DNA of 64,000 nt, from positions 558,001 through 622,000 of the forward strand of contig CBFDEM010000047.1 of NCBI GenBank assembly GCA_965603825.1, in the 5' to 3' direction. The translations under genes were made by a program, and so were the position numbers. Below the pieces are notes generated by a model. That model ran no database searches, had not been told where the DNA came from, and was given only the letters and a program-made list of their open reading frames with translations. Shown here piece by piece: positions 31,557 to 42,056 of the stretch (its first letter is position 1; every line of letters starts with the position of its first letter). The stretch comes from Blepharisma stoltei ATCC 30299 (Eukaryota > Protista > Ciliophora).

Positions 31557-32298
31557 GCTTATTTTTTAATAAAGGCGATTTCTTTGAGAAGGCGTTGCTA
31601 TGAAAATTGGATTCTATGCCCGATAAATGTGATTTAGGTGATGAATTGACAGACAAGCTAAAATTAAGCAATTTTTTAGCTAAATTTTTTCGTTGCTTGA
31701 CAAAGTTATGATCTTCACTTACAATTTTTTTATTGATTTTTATTTGAAAATTTGCATGAGTCTTATATTGAATTAAAAATTCAGGTTTTGAGTCTGTGAA
31801 AGTCATCCCCATTCTTGCATCAAATGATGGATTTTTTCTTAGTTTTGGTATCGATTTATTCTCTACCAACCTTTGTGCAACAAGTTCTAGCTTGTTGAAA
31901 CTTTTATTTTTTGCCCTTCTTAACTCAGGGAGCTCTTTTCTTCTTTTGAAGTCATTTGAGTTATTGGCAGCTGGTATTGGACTAGGCGTTTTATTTAATT
32001 TTGGGGTAGTAGCCATACTACTTATGTTACTTTGGTATGGTTTACTAATTTTTTCAATGTATTTTTCTGTTTTTCTTAGAAATTCCAAAGTATCCTTTGA
32101 TTTTGTACTAGAAGTCACATGGTGAAAGTATTTCTCACCTTTAATCTCTTTTCATTTATCTGGAATTGATGATTCTCACATATAAGTCATATGGCGTTTT
32201 AGACCAGATCTCCGTTTTATAAGTCCAGATTGGGTAGCATCAGACTCATTATTATAATTTTGAATTGGATTTGATGACTGAAATGACTTGTTTGCCAT
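31537..32298 (-). CDS. Hypothetical Lys/Ser/Asn-rich protein (~253 aa; 2 TGA=Trp)
   Basis: ATG 32298 is open to TAA 31537 with TGA=W. Confidence 0.65.
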
Positions 32299-33609
32299 TA
32301 TTTTAACACAGCAGTTAATTTATTACAACATATATTATTTTACTTTATTTCTTTTTAATTTTTATATTAGTTTCAAAATTTAATTGAGATTTTTAGTTCC
32401 TTGAATCCATTTATATTTTTTATCAAGTATTTCAACATAAAAATTAAATCATTATTATCTAGAAATGATTAACTTCAAAATTTTTTTAATAAAATTTTAT
32501 TCAATAGTAATTCTTATAATTAGGTACTAACCGAATGCATGCTTTTAAATAAGTATAAGAGGATTTAATAAATTTTCATGATAGTGTTTAAAATTAATTA
32601 TCTTATCTCTACAAAATTGAATTAATAATGAAATTAAAAAAAATTATGTGTTTATCATATAAAAATTATTTTATTATAAAATTTCTCAATCTTGCATATA
32701 AATTTTCTTATTAATCACTCTAGAGATCACTCAAACCTTTTCCTTGACAAAAATGGTTTAGAGGATATTTGATTTTTCGCTGCATATTTATCACTTAGCC
32801 TGATATCGTTTTAATTTTTTACAAAGCTTTGCTAAGAGCAAATCCTCTATAAACACCGAAGCTTATAATCCTTAATTTATTAAACTGCATGCAGCTTTTC
32901 TCTCAAAGTGTGCAGGAATTATTCAATAAGTAAAGAGCTGTAATGTTAATGATATCAGAGGATCATACAGGAAATTAAATTCTTACTTTTCTTCCAAATA
33001 CAAAAAAGGTTTAGATTTGGATTTAAAGAAGTTTATCCAAATGAATTTTTACTATCTTCAAGAAGATTAACCCTTTAATATCAGGAGTATGTTAGAGGCT
33101 TAATAGTAATGCCGATAAAAGATCAAAATAAATAATAAAAACATTGAATTTTCAGATTCTCCCATCGTAGCACTTGCATAATTCTAATAGCCCTTTTAAT
33201 GTTTAGTAAGACTATTATGAAAGGGTAAAGACTCAAAAAATATAATGAAGTAAGCTATTGTTTCTTCTTAATTGAAAAAAATAAGTAAGTTCTACGCTTC
33301 TGAATTTCTGCAGGATGGGTATAATGCATAAAATATTTTTTATTTTGAAACTCATATTAATCCATATTAAATCTGTCGAAATCCTAACAATCTTTGTGAT
33401 TAACTCTTTGCTAAAATTTAAATATAATTATTTTGCAACTATTGAATTTGTCTCACTGTTTTTGCTATAGATAATTCGGATTTAATCGTACCGAGATTCT
33501 CCCACACAGCTATTATTCCGTTTTCTAAAAGAAAATATTAATTTTATTTATTAAATTCAAAGAATATTCTCACCAGATTTTATTAATAGGGTATTGACTT
33601 ATATAATAA

Positions 33610-34995
33610 ATGTCAAACTTCAAGAGACTTGACCAATATATTGTCTTGCATTCTCTTGGAAAAGGTGCAACAGCTCACGTCAAAGCTGTTGAAGACCCAA
33701 CTACACACCAAATTTATGCAGCCAAGATCATGAAATCCTACCATGGCAGCGGAAATGAAGAATTAAAGGAAACAATTCAAAATGAAATGGAAAACCTCAA
33801 CAGCCTTGCTCATCCAAACATAGTGAACTTAATATGCGTCAACGAAAGCGGAACCTATGCTAAGCGAAATGGGCAAACAAAGCGTGTTATGTATATGCTT
33901 ATGGAACTTTGCCCAAATGGTGAGCTTTTCGATGTTTTGTATAGGACTGGAAAATTTAGTGAAGAAATCACGAGGTTTTATTTTCATCAACTCATAGAAA
34001 CTTTAGAAGCTGTTCATAATCAAGGAATTACACATAGAGACATAAAGCCTGAAAATATACTTTTTGATCGAGATTTCAACTTAAAGATTTCGGATTTCGG
34101 ATTTTCTACTTTAATTGACAAGTATGCTGATGGAATGCTATATACTCAGCTAGGCACACAAGGATATATGGCTCCAGAAATTCATCAAAATCTGCCATAC
34201 AGAGGTGAAATTGTTGACCTTTTTGCGGCTGGGATAGTTTTGTTTATAATGTACACTCAAAATCCTCCTTTTACAAAAGCAGTACCAAACGATCCGTTTT
34301 ACCGCTTGCTTTCGAAAAAAGATGATAAATTTTGGGTTTATCATTCAAGAAATAAAACTTCAGACTTTTTTACCCAAGATTTCAAGAATTTAATATTTAG
34401 TATGCTTGCACTTCAACCAAATGATAGATTGCCTATTTCTCATATAAAAGCTCATCCATGGTATAATGGCCCTGTGGCAACAACTGATGAAATAGTTAGC
34501 GAACTGAGAAAAAGAAAAGAAAAAATTATTCAAGCTGCACAAAAAGCTGCAAAGGCAAAAAATTTAGGTAACAGACCTGGCGCAATTAATAATGGAGGAA
34601 GAGTTTATAGATGTGAATCAGGTGAGCCAGAGCTAGCAGGCCAATTATCACTCCAAATTGAAGATTTAGTAGTCGAGCCACTTCCTGAGCACTTTAACAC
34701 AGTTAATCGATTCTATCAAATTATATCTGGAATCGACCCACAAGATATTGTGACTATTTTAGCTCGATCATTCCAAAATTTGGATACTGAGTGGAACCCA
34801 TCGCATGATAAATATGAATTTGAAGTTACTATTCGAACAGAGGTTGACACATTGAATTTTGTTATATCAATTTATTCAATGGAAGATGAATTGAATTTGA
34901 TATCTTTTAAGCTGAATAATGGAAGTAAATTTGAATTCATGAGCATATTTAAAACCATTGAAGACAATATTTTCAGTGCCCAAGAAAGTTATTAA
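33610..34995 (+). CDS. Ser/Thr protein kinase, CAMK group (SNF1/MARK/CIPK-like) with KA1-like C-terminus
   Basis: LGKGATAHV, AAKIM, HRDIKPEN, DFG, GTQGYMAPE and DLFAAG. Confidence 0.95.
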   Translation: MSNFKRLDQYIVLHSLGKGATAHVKAVEDPTTHQIYAAKIMKSYHGSGNEELKETIQNEMENLNSLAHPNIVNLICVNESGTYAKRNGQTKRVMYMLMELCPNGELFDVLYRTGKFSEEITRFYFHQLIETLEAVHNQGITHRDIKPENILFDRDFNLKISDFGFSTLIDKYADGMLYTQLGTQGYMAPEIHQNLPYRGEIVDLFAAGIVLFIMYTQNPPFTKAVPNDPFYRLLSKKDDKFWVYHSRNKTSDFFTQDFKNLIFSMLALQPNDRLPISHIKAHPWYNGPVATTDEIVSELRKRKEKIIQAAQKAAKAKNLGNRPGAINNGGRVYRCESGEPELAGQLSLQIEDLVVEPLPEHFNTVNRFYQIISGIDPQDIVTILARSFQNLDTEWNPSHDKYEFEVTIRTEVDTLNFVISIYSMEDELNLISFKLNNGSKFEFMSIFKTIEDNIFSAQESY

Positions 34996-35105
34996 ATGCT
35001 TATAATACAATTAAATATTATTATTCGGCTTATTTTACTGGACTTTTATATAAACATTTCTTATAAATTTACGATAATTTAAACAATTAAATAAAATATA
35101 GTTTC

Positions 35106-35999
35106 CTAGTTTTCCAAAAGCTTCAAAATATTTTCGTTTAAAATTTGGTTTGCCTTATAAAGTTCTCTAGTTTGCTCTTCAAATTCCATAGAACTTGCTA
35201 ATAGGCTCTGATATCTTTGCTTTGTTTCTTCCAAATCGTCTTCAAGTAAGCTGATATTTTTTTGGAGCTTTCGTACCATGAGTGATAAATGCTCGTTTTC
35301 TTCTTTTAAGTTCCGGCTTTTATTAATTTTGTCAGATGCATCGGTTACTATATTTTCTAGCTCGTATTGTTTTTTATCTTTTTCTTTGATATTGCTAAGA
35401 AGATTTTTATTGATTTCAGTTAGCCTTGCAATAGTTTTTTTATCGTCTTCAATTTTTAATTCTTTTTCTTTTATAATCTTTTCTAACTCTTTTTCTTTCT
35501 TCTTCATAACAGATGTCAACGAGCTTTGAAGCATCGATGTTTTTAAATGAATCTGAGAGCTTGTATATTCAGCTTGTAAAGCATCAATCATTTTATTTTT
35601 TTCTTGTAATTCACCTTGTAAGCTGCTTATTATTATGTCTTTTTCTTTTACTTGCTTTTCTAGATGGCGAATAGCTGCTGTGGCTCCATGAAGCCTTTGT
35701 TCAAGGCTTTTGGATTTGTCTGTTCTATTTGATTGGACTGATACGGATTCATGCCTACAAGAATGGATTGGGAGCTTTGCAGTTGGCTTGTCCCAACTTT
35801 TTCGCTTAAGGTGAGATTGTTTAATTAAATCATCAGAGGAGTGAGAAATTTTTAATTCACCTTGTTTAAGCTCTGAATCTGCGAGTTTATCTGGTATTTC
35901 ATATTCTTCAATCACTCTGTCTTCAATAATATCGTAGTTATAAACGTAAGGTTTTGGAGGTGTGTGGGGATTTGGAAGTTTTTCCTCTTGAATTTCCAT
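35106..35999 (-). CDS. Coiled-coil protein (297 aa)
   Basis: Long ORF with a heptad-rich C-terminal two thirds. Confidence 0.75.
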   Translation of the reverse strand: MEIQEEKLPNPHTPPKPYVYNYDIIEDRVIEEYEIPDKLADSELKQGELKISHSSDDLIKQSHLKRKSWDKPTAKLPIHSCRHESVSVQSNRTDKSKSLEQRLHGATAAIRHLEKQVKEKDIIISSLQGELQEKNKMIDALQAEYTSSQIHLKTSMLQSSLTSVMKKKEKELEKIIKEKELKIEDDKKTIARLTEINKNLLSNIKEKDKKQYELENIVTDASDKINKSRNLKEENEHLSLMVRKLQKNISLLEDDLEETKQRYQSLLASSMEFEEQTRELYKANQILNENILKLLEN

Positions 36000-36276
36000 T
36001 GTTTAAAGAATTTTTAATTTGTGTTGGATTCTTGAAAAGAGATTATAATGACATTCTAATATAATTTTATTTTCATCATGATAAATACTGAAATTTGTAT
36101 CCATAAGAAGCCTTATTATATTTCAAAAATAATAGCCTAATTAATTTGTGCAATATTTATAAGGATTTCTATTGTTAATAATAAAAACTATGATTAAGTT
36201 ATATAAAGTTAATTTGTTCTTAATGGAAAATAGCCGCGCTATTTTTCATAATATAAATCTAACTGTCATATAAACA

Positions 36277-37041
36277 ATGAAATTAAAGGTAGGTAAGAAA
36301 AAGAGGAATTTAGTTCAAAATGAAAACTTGCCACCTGAATTTTCTACAGAACTGGTTGTTCTTGAGCAAGCTATCGAAAACAATTGCAGCATGGAAATTA
36401 TCAATAGCACAATTATGCTTTATTCTGTATTTTCTAATTAGAAAGCAATTGAGCATTATGAAGCGTTAAAAGATCCTCAATACTTAGAGTACCAAAACAA
36501 GCTTAAAGTCTTACTTCATCGAAAAGACGTAAAATCTGTGATTAATTATCAAGATTCCGTTAAATCTTCAGAGCCAAAGAAGCCAGCTCTTTCATCTCTT
36601 AACAAACATAGAAATATAGAAAACGTCTTAAGAGAATTCAATAATGAAAACAACTCAACTCGCCCCATGATACATGAAAACTTAAAGCAGCAACAAGATG
36701 TGCTTGAATATAAAATGCGTGCTAGAAAAAACAGTTTAAAAAATAATTTGAGCTTTGGTAGTGAATTAAGTGAAGAAGACCTAGAAAAATTTGAGGAAAA
36801 ACTTGAAGATTTAATAGAAAAATTCGTCACTGAAAAGATCCAAAAATCCAAAGAAATTGCTGATCTTTACTCTACTCAGATTTCAGAAATGAAAAATATG
36901 GGCGATAACGAAGTTATAAACCAAATTATCTTTGAAATGGAAAAAAATAAAGAGCGAGAAATCTCGATCATCTCCAAAAATGTTGAAAATGCGATGGGAA
37001 AAGAAATAGAAATATTAAGAAAAGAATATAATGTAATATAA
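36277..37041 (+). CDS. Helical protein with an N-terminal LY..AIE.Y module (~249 aa; intron 36427-36441)
   Basis: A 15-nt intron joins the ATG 36277 exon to track ORF 36538-37041 in frame. Confidence 0.8.
36427..36441 (+). other. 15-nt intron gtattttctaattag
   Basis: Splicing gives LYS|KAIEHY, collinear with LYQQAIEFF in the 56157-57758 protein. Confidence 0.88.
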
Positions 37042-37064
37042 TAAAATATTTTTTAGCACCGTTA

Positions 37065-37499
37065 ATGAAGAGAACTAAGGAAAATTGGCTTGCTCCTATT
37101 CCAAGAAGCCGAAGTGGAATATCAGGAATGAGGTTTTTTGATGGAGAGGATCTACAATATCAAGAAAGAAAAAAATCAATGCAAGCTACCCAACGCCGAT
37201 GGATCGATCAACAAAGGCAATTTGAAAACAAAAGGAAAAAAGAAGAAGATGAAGAAGAGAAAGCTTATCATCAACAGACTATGCAAATTAATAGAATGAG
37301 AGGGTTCCTAGAAGATGATTTGGAAAGGAAAAAGAAAGCGATGTCAATGTCGATAAGAGATACTAATCTAATGCTTAGCAGGATGAAAAAAGAAAGAGAG
37401 CGTTGGGAGAAAGAGCAGAAGAAAAGAGAGGAAATTGCAGACTTAGAAGAGCAACGAAGAATCCGAGCAGTAAGCAACTATGTGCATTTACTAAATTAG
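37065..37499 (+). CDS. RIB43A: RIB43A-family ciliary microtubule inner protein, short form (144 aa)
   Basis: SGISGMRFFDGEDL...RKK..Q..QRRWIDQQ is the RIB43A signature region. Confidence 0.75.
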   Translation: MKRTKENWLAPIPRSRSGISGMRFFDGEDLQYQERKKSMQATQRRWIDQQRQFENKRKKEEDEEEKAYHQQTMQINRMRGFLEDDLERKKKAMSMSIRDTNLMLSRMKKERERWEKEQKKREEIADLEEQRRIRAVSNYVHLLN

Positions 37500-37558
37500 A
37501 ACGAAATTCTAGATTTTTAATTAATATCTTTTAAACACTTAAATCTGCTAACCATTAA

Positions 37559-38023
37559 TTATTCTGCTTTTTCTTTTTCCGATGATTGAGACCCACATAA
37601 AAATAGTAGCCCCGCAGCAATTCCTAAATTTAATATAGAAATCATTGACCACTCAGCCGCATTTTTTGAAAAATTCAGATGATTTTCCACAAAAATTACC
37701 AAAAGAATCTGAAATGCGATCAACCATTTAGCACCTATTCTAAAATTGCAAATCAGAAGAAAGCTTGAGAACAGTTCAAAAACAGCAGCAGAAAGAGCAA
37801 TGATCTTAGAATTTAGAGCGACCCTTGCAGGGGTAAAAAAAAGCGCGATTCTTGTATATTCATAAAATCTAGCATATGTTTTTGCGTAGCCTTCCACAAG
37901 TTGGTTTTCAAACTTAGCAGAGTCTATTAAAATCGCAGCTCCATGCAAAATAAATACCATAGCTAATAAAAACCTTCCCAAATTGGTTTTAAAGCTATTA
38001 GTGCTAGTCTCCTCCTTATCCAT
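37559..38023 (-). CDS. DoxX/HR-lesion-like small membrane protein
   Basis: LGRFLLAMVFILHG, ELFSSFLL and NLGIAAGLLFL; four hydrophobic segments. Confidence 0.7.
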   Translation of the reverse strand: MDKEETSTNSFKTNLGRFLLAMVFILHGAAILIDSAKFENQLVEGYAKTYARFYEYTRIALFFTPARVALNSKIIALSAAVFELFSSFLLICNFRIGAKWLIAFQILLVIFVENHLNFSKNAAEWSMISILNLGIAAGLLFLCGSQSSEKEKAE

Positions 38024-38087
38024 TTATAATTGAATCACACAAAAGAATTTGAGAAAAACACCAGAAGGGGCCTTAATAAAAACAACT

Positions 38088-39278
38088 ATGGTGAAGGGTA
38101 TCAAGAAAAAGAAAGCGGCTGAAGGCGAATGCTCGTCTATATTTCAGCCTGATATGGCAATTTTATGCCTAAATAAGCAAAATGAATGAAGAGATGCCAA
38201 AATAATTGACGTGAGGCCTAATAATTATTATTTGAATGATCGGAATGAAAAAAATATTGAGTATTATGTTCATTATGAAGGAATTAATAGAAGATGAGAT
38301 GAATGGGTCACTTATGAAAGAATAAAACAATGGGAGCCAATTTCTGCCAAACTATCAAGAGAAAATTTCGCAAGCTGTCCAGAGCATGAAGGAGTGGATG
38401 ATAAAACCTTAGAAATCCACGAAGAATCCACAAAGTTCAAAACAATTGATAATATCGAAATTGGCAAATTTCGCTGCCAAACTTGATATTACTCCCCTTT
38501 CCCTTCGTATTTCCAAGACCTAGACACTCTTTATATATGCGAATTTTGCCTCAGCTTTTTTAAATATAAAGAAGAACTTAAAAGACACAGCCAAATCTGC
38601 CAATACCACCATCCAATGGGCAATGAAATCTACCGGGAACAAGATATATCAATTTTTGAGGTAGATGGCGAAAGAAACACTATATATTGTGAAAACCTAT
38701 GCTATATTTCTAAGCTGTTTTTAGATCATAAAAATCTGACATATGATGTAGAACCTTTTTTATTTTATGTTTTAACTGAATATGATCAGTATGGATATCA
38801 CATTGTTGGGTATTTTTCTAAAGAAAAACCAGAACCACAAAATTCCTGCAGATATAATTTATCTTGCATTTTAGTAATGCCTTATGCACAAAGAAAAGGC
38901 TATGGGAAATTTTTAATTAGCTTTTCTTATGAGTTATCTAAGATAGAGCAAAGAAAAGGGACCCCAGAAAGGCCTTTATCTGACTTAGGGTTTGCATCTT
39001 ATTTTTCTTGGTGAGGGTGCGAAATTCTGAAATTTTTAGAAAACCATACTGAAAATATTTCAATTAATGATATTTCTAATGCAACTTATATTATCCAACA
39101 AGATGTTATAGATGTACTGAAAAGATTGGAAATTTTGATAGAAGTTGACCAGAAAATGATACTTAGGGTAAATAAACAATTTTTGGGAAAAATTAAGGCT
39201 GTTTTAGGAAAACCTGGAAGACAAATTGATAGAGAAAAAATCCATTGGAGTCCTTTAGGAATGGCGAATAATGTATAA
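38088..39278 (+). CDS. MYST-family histone acetyltransferase with Tudor-knot chromodomain, Esa1/Tip60/MOF-like (~396 aa; 4 TGA=Trp)
   Basis: [32 protein letters not shown] zinc finger, [25 protein letters not shown] and [11 protein letters not shown]. Confidence 0.95.
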
Positions 39279-39303
39279 TTATGATGCAATATTTAGATAT
39301 TAA

Positions 39304-40353
39304 TTATAATTTATTTCCAAATATTGGTGTTCCCATATTCTGAATAGGCGTAGCCTCTTTGCTTCTGCTTTTTCTTAGCTCTCTGGCAGTCGAGAGTCTT
39401 AAATCTATTTCTCCCGTATCTTTTTCTAACAATTGCTGTATCATATCCCTTGTTCTGATTAATTCTTCTCTAATTGCTCTTCCTTTTTCAGCATGCTGCT
39501 CACACTCAGCTCTGCTGTCAGCAAGCTGTTTTTCTAAGGATCCTATTTGCTGTTTAAATTTTTTCACCCTACATAGAATTTACTCAGATTTTAGTTTCGT
39601 ATTTGAATCAATAAGTTTTTCATGACTGTTTTCTAAGCTGCTCAATTCTTTAAATGATTTTTTAAACATCTCTTCTTTTTTATCATGTTTCTCTTCCAAC
39701 TCTTGATATTGCTCTTGTATATCTTTAGCAGCCGCATCTCTTAAGCTTCCAATTAATAATGCTGCAAGCTGTCTTTGCTCTTTTTGATTTAAAAAAATCC
39801 CACGATCAGGCATACTGAATAATTTCGTTAAAATGTCTTTTTTCGGCTTATGTTCCACTTGGACAAATGATATGTTAACTTCTTGCATTAATTTGCTTTC
39901 TTCTGATTCTGAATTTACATAGATTGGAGGCAGAACTTGGCGTTGATCAAATACCCCTGTTTTTAGATATTCAGTGACACTTTCTGTTAGTTGGTTTGCA
40001 TAGATCACTTTTGTATTGATGTCAGCTAGTTCAAGTTCTGGTGGTAGGTTTATGATATCGGTTCCTAATTTTCTGAGACTTTCAGAGTTGATTAGTTTTG
40101 CTAGGATTGATATCATTGCTGACATTTCTTGGCTTGCTTTGACCATATCTACATCTGCATTATCATCTTGCGATTTCTCATCACTCAGTCTAGGGTGAAT
40201 GTATTCTTGATAGTCTTCTTCAATAGTGTCAGTTAAATAGGATACGTCAACGTGATGGGCTTCTGGGATTCCTGGGTTTTTTGCTGTTAGGTAGCTTAAA
40301 GAGTTGCGATATCTATCTCCAGGATCATATCCTTGTTTATTTGATTTTGACAT
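39304..40353 (-). CDS. Coiled-coil protein (~344 aa; intron 39569-39583)
   Basis: Two track ORFs joined in frame by the 15-nt intron gtaaattctatgtag. Confidence 0.78.
39569..39583 (-). other. 15-nt intron gtaaattctatgtag
   Basis: Removes an in-frame TAA. Confidence 0.82.
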
Positions 40354-40543
40354 TTAGTAATTTTTATTATTTTTCATTGTGAAATTAGCAAATCGTTTTT
40401 CTATTCGAATTTTATTATTACTAGAGATACTTTAAAAACAAAATAATTAATGAATATATGTTGAAGATTTAATTCACTATTAAACTAAGAAAAAATAGTT
40501 TAATCTTAAAGGAGTGTATTAAATTTCTCAATATATTTAAACT

Positions 40544-41248
40544 TTATATAGCAATATGCTGGCCATTTCTGCATCCAGGCGAACATTTAATACACCTGCT
40601 ACAGCAGCTATAATAGGCGTCTTCTCCACACCCTTTACAACTGTAATATTTCAATTTTCCAGGATGGTAAAAACATTCTCCAATCCTATTCTGTTTTGCA
40701 ATAAACATTTTTTTACAGTTTTTACACCGATGGCTAATTTTTTCATCTCCAATTGCAACCCCTATGTCACTCATTAATCTCTGATTAACCTCTTTCAATT
40801 TGTTATTCTCAGAACTCATGCTCCAAATATCTCTTTCCAAGTTCATTAAAAATTCATCAATTTCTTCTTTACTCCCCAAGCTTTCGATTACTTTTTCTAA
40901 TAATTGATTAGCCTGCCTTTTATATTCCTCAGCTTTTCCTGCATTCTCAGCTAAGTCTTTTCCCCGATTTAAAGCAGTTTCCACTATATTTATTTGATCA
41001 TTACAAGAATCAATATCAGTTTTCACTTGCTGATATTTTATATTCATTTTTTCATTCTCTTCTGTCAAAATTACTTCCCTTGTTGCCTCAAACTGAATTT
41101 TATTATTAAGTTCGTCGCTTTCTGCTTGCAGGTGCTCAAGCTCCTGTGTAAAAATTGCTAAAGCGCTTTGAAAAGACCCTATCATTCTTTTAACTTCGTC
41201 TTGAGACATATAGATCGGAGCTTCTTCAATGAGGGTTTCACGGTCCAT
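40544..41248 (-). CDS. Coiled-coil protein with C-terminal Cys/His zinc-binding domain (CHORD-like C..C...C.YHPG)
   Basis: RCKNCKKMF...ECFYHPG..YYSCKGC...SCCSRCIKCSPGCRNGQH. Confidence 0.75.
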   Translation of the reverse strand: MDRETLIEEAPIYMSQDEVKRMIGSFQSALAIFTQELEHLQAESDELNNKIQFEATREVILTEENEKMNIKYQQVKTDIDSCNDQINIVETALNRGKDLAENAGKAEEYKRQANQLLEKVIESLGSKEEIDEFLMNLERDIWSMSSENNKLKEVNQRLMSDIGVAIGDEKISHRCKNCKKMFIAKQNRIGECFYHPGKLKYYSCKGCGEDAYYSCCSRCIKCSPGCRNGQHIAI

Positions 41249-41336
41249 TAATATGAAATTATAAGAAAGTAAAAATAAGGAAGAAGAAAGGAGAATAATC
41301 GATATAAAAAGAAAGGAAAATAAGAGAAGATGCCAA

Positions 41337-41408
41337 GGGTGAATGGTGAAGTGGTATCACATCTGCTTTGCAAGCAGAAGGCCCCGAGTTCAATCCTCGG
41401 TTCATCCA
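41337..41408 (+). tRNA. tRNA-Ala(UGC)
   Basis: Cloverleaf with acceptor GGGTGAA/TTCATCC carrying the G3:U70 Ala identity pair and A73. Anticodon stem TCTGC/GCAGA with loop TT-TGC-AA; T-arm CCGAG TTCAATC CTCGG. Confidence 0.97.
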
Positions 41409-41413
41409 TTTTT
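41409..41413 (+). terminator. RNA polymerase III oligo(T) terminator
   Basis: TTTTT directly after the tRNA discriminator base. Confidence 0.8.
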
Positions 41414-41433
41414 GTAATTTACCAAGATTTTTG

Positions 41434-41805
41434 TTAGATTATTGACGAATTTTGGTTAAAAAATCTATTGTCCAGGAAAAACCCATGGATATTCATGTCA
41501 TTTTGTTCTGAAGTTTCGTGATCTGCAATAGATAAATGAGCAAAATTAATCATCTCATTGACGCTGAGATCTTTCCAAGTTTTTTCATCTTCTGCTCGAT
41601 TAAAAGATAAATCGTTTTCATCTGGAGGCAGATCCTGAGGCTGCACAGGGATTTCTGGCATTATGAGCTTGTCAGCTCTTCATTCTTCGTCAACTACTCT
41701 AAGTACTCGGGAAGGGAAATGACTGTGGAAACTGTAATAAGCGTCTCTGTTAGAGCCTGTTTGAATTCGTGATTGAGATTTTGCGGGAAACTCTCCGTGA
41801 TGCAT
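41434..41805 (-). CDS. ANAPC13: Anaphase-promoting complex subunit 13 (~123 aa; TGA=Trp at 41680-41682)
   Basis: RVLRVVDEE-W-RADKL..EIPV...DLP...EKTWKDL matches the Apc13 pattern I..LIDDAWREDKLP...E.KW.DL. Confidence 0.8.
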
Positions 41806-41845
41806 TTAAATATGAGAAAAGGATTTTAAAAATAATTAAAGAAAG

Positions 41846-42031
41846 ATGATTTTTAAATGAAAGCATTTAAAAAATTCCATTATCGCGGACAAATTATTTG
41901 AAGACAAGCATGAAGGAATAATTAAATTGGAACTGAAAGGGATTAGTGTGAATGAATATTTTTTTTGACTTGATTGAATTCGAAGACAATTAGCTGATAA
42001 TTTAGACTCTAACTCATCATATGTAAGATAG
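41846..42031 (+). CDS. Candidate 61-aa microprotein (3 TGA=Trp), not in the ORF track
   Basis: ATG-TAG frame open only if TGA=W; purine-rich sense strand; fills the gap between APC13 and the MFS gene. Confidence 0.35.
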
Positions 42032-42056
42032 GATGCATGATATATTAAGGATAGAT

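Noticed and set aside
32755-32858. Long-range pairing agaggatatttg / caaatcctct
   Set aside because: Imperfect, interior unstructured, likely chance
37033-37056. 24-nt GT..AG segment that might fuse the 36277 gene to RIB43A
   Set aside because: Wrong length for this intron class, and splicing leads to TAA two codons later
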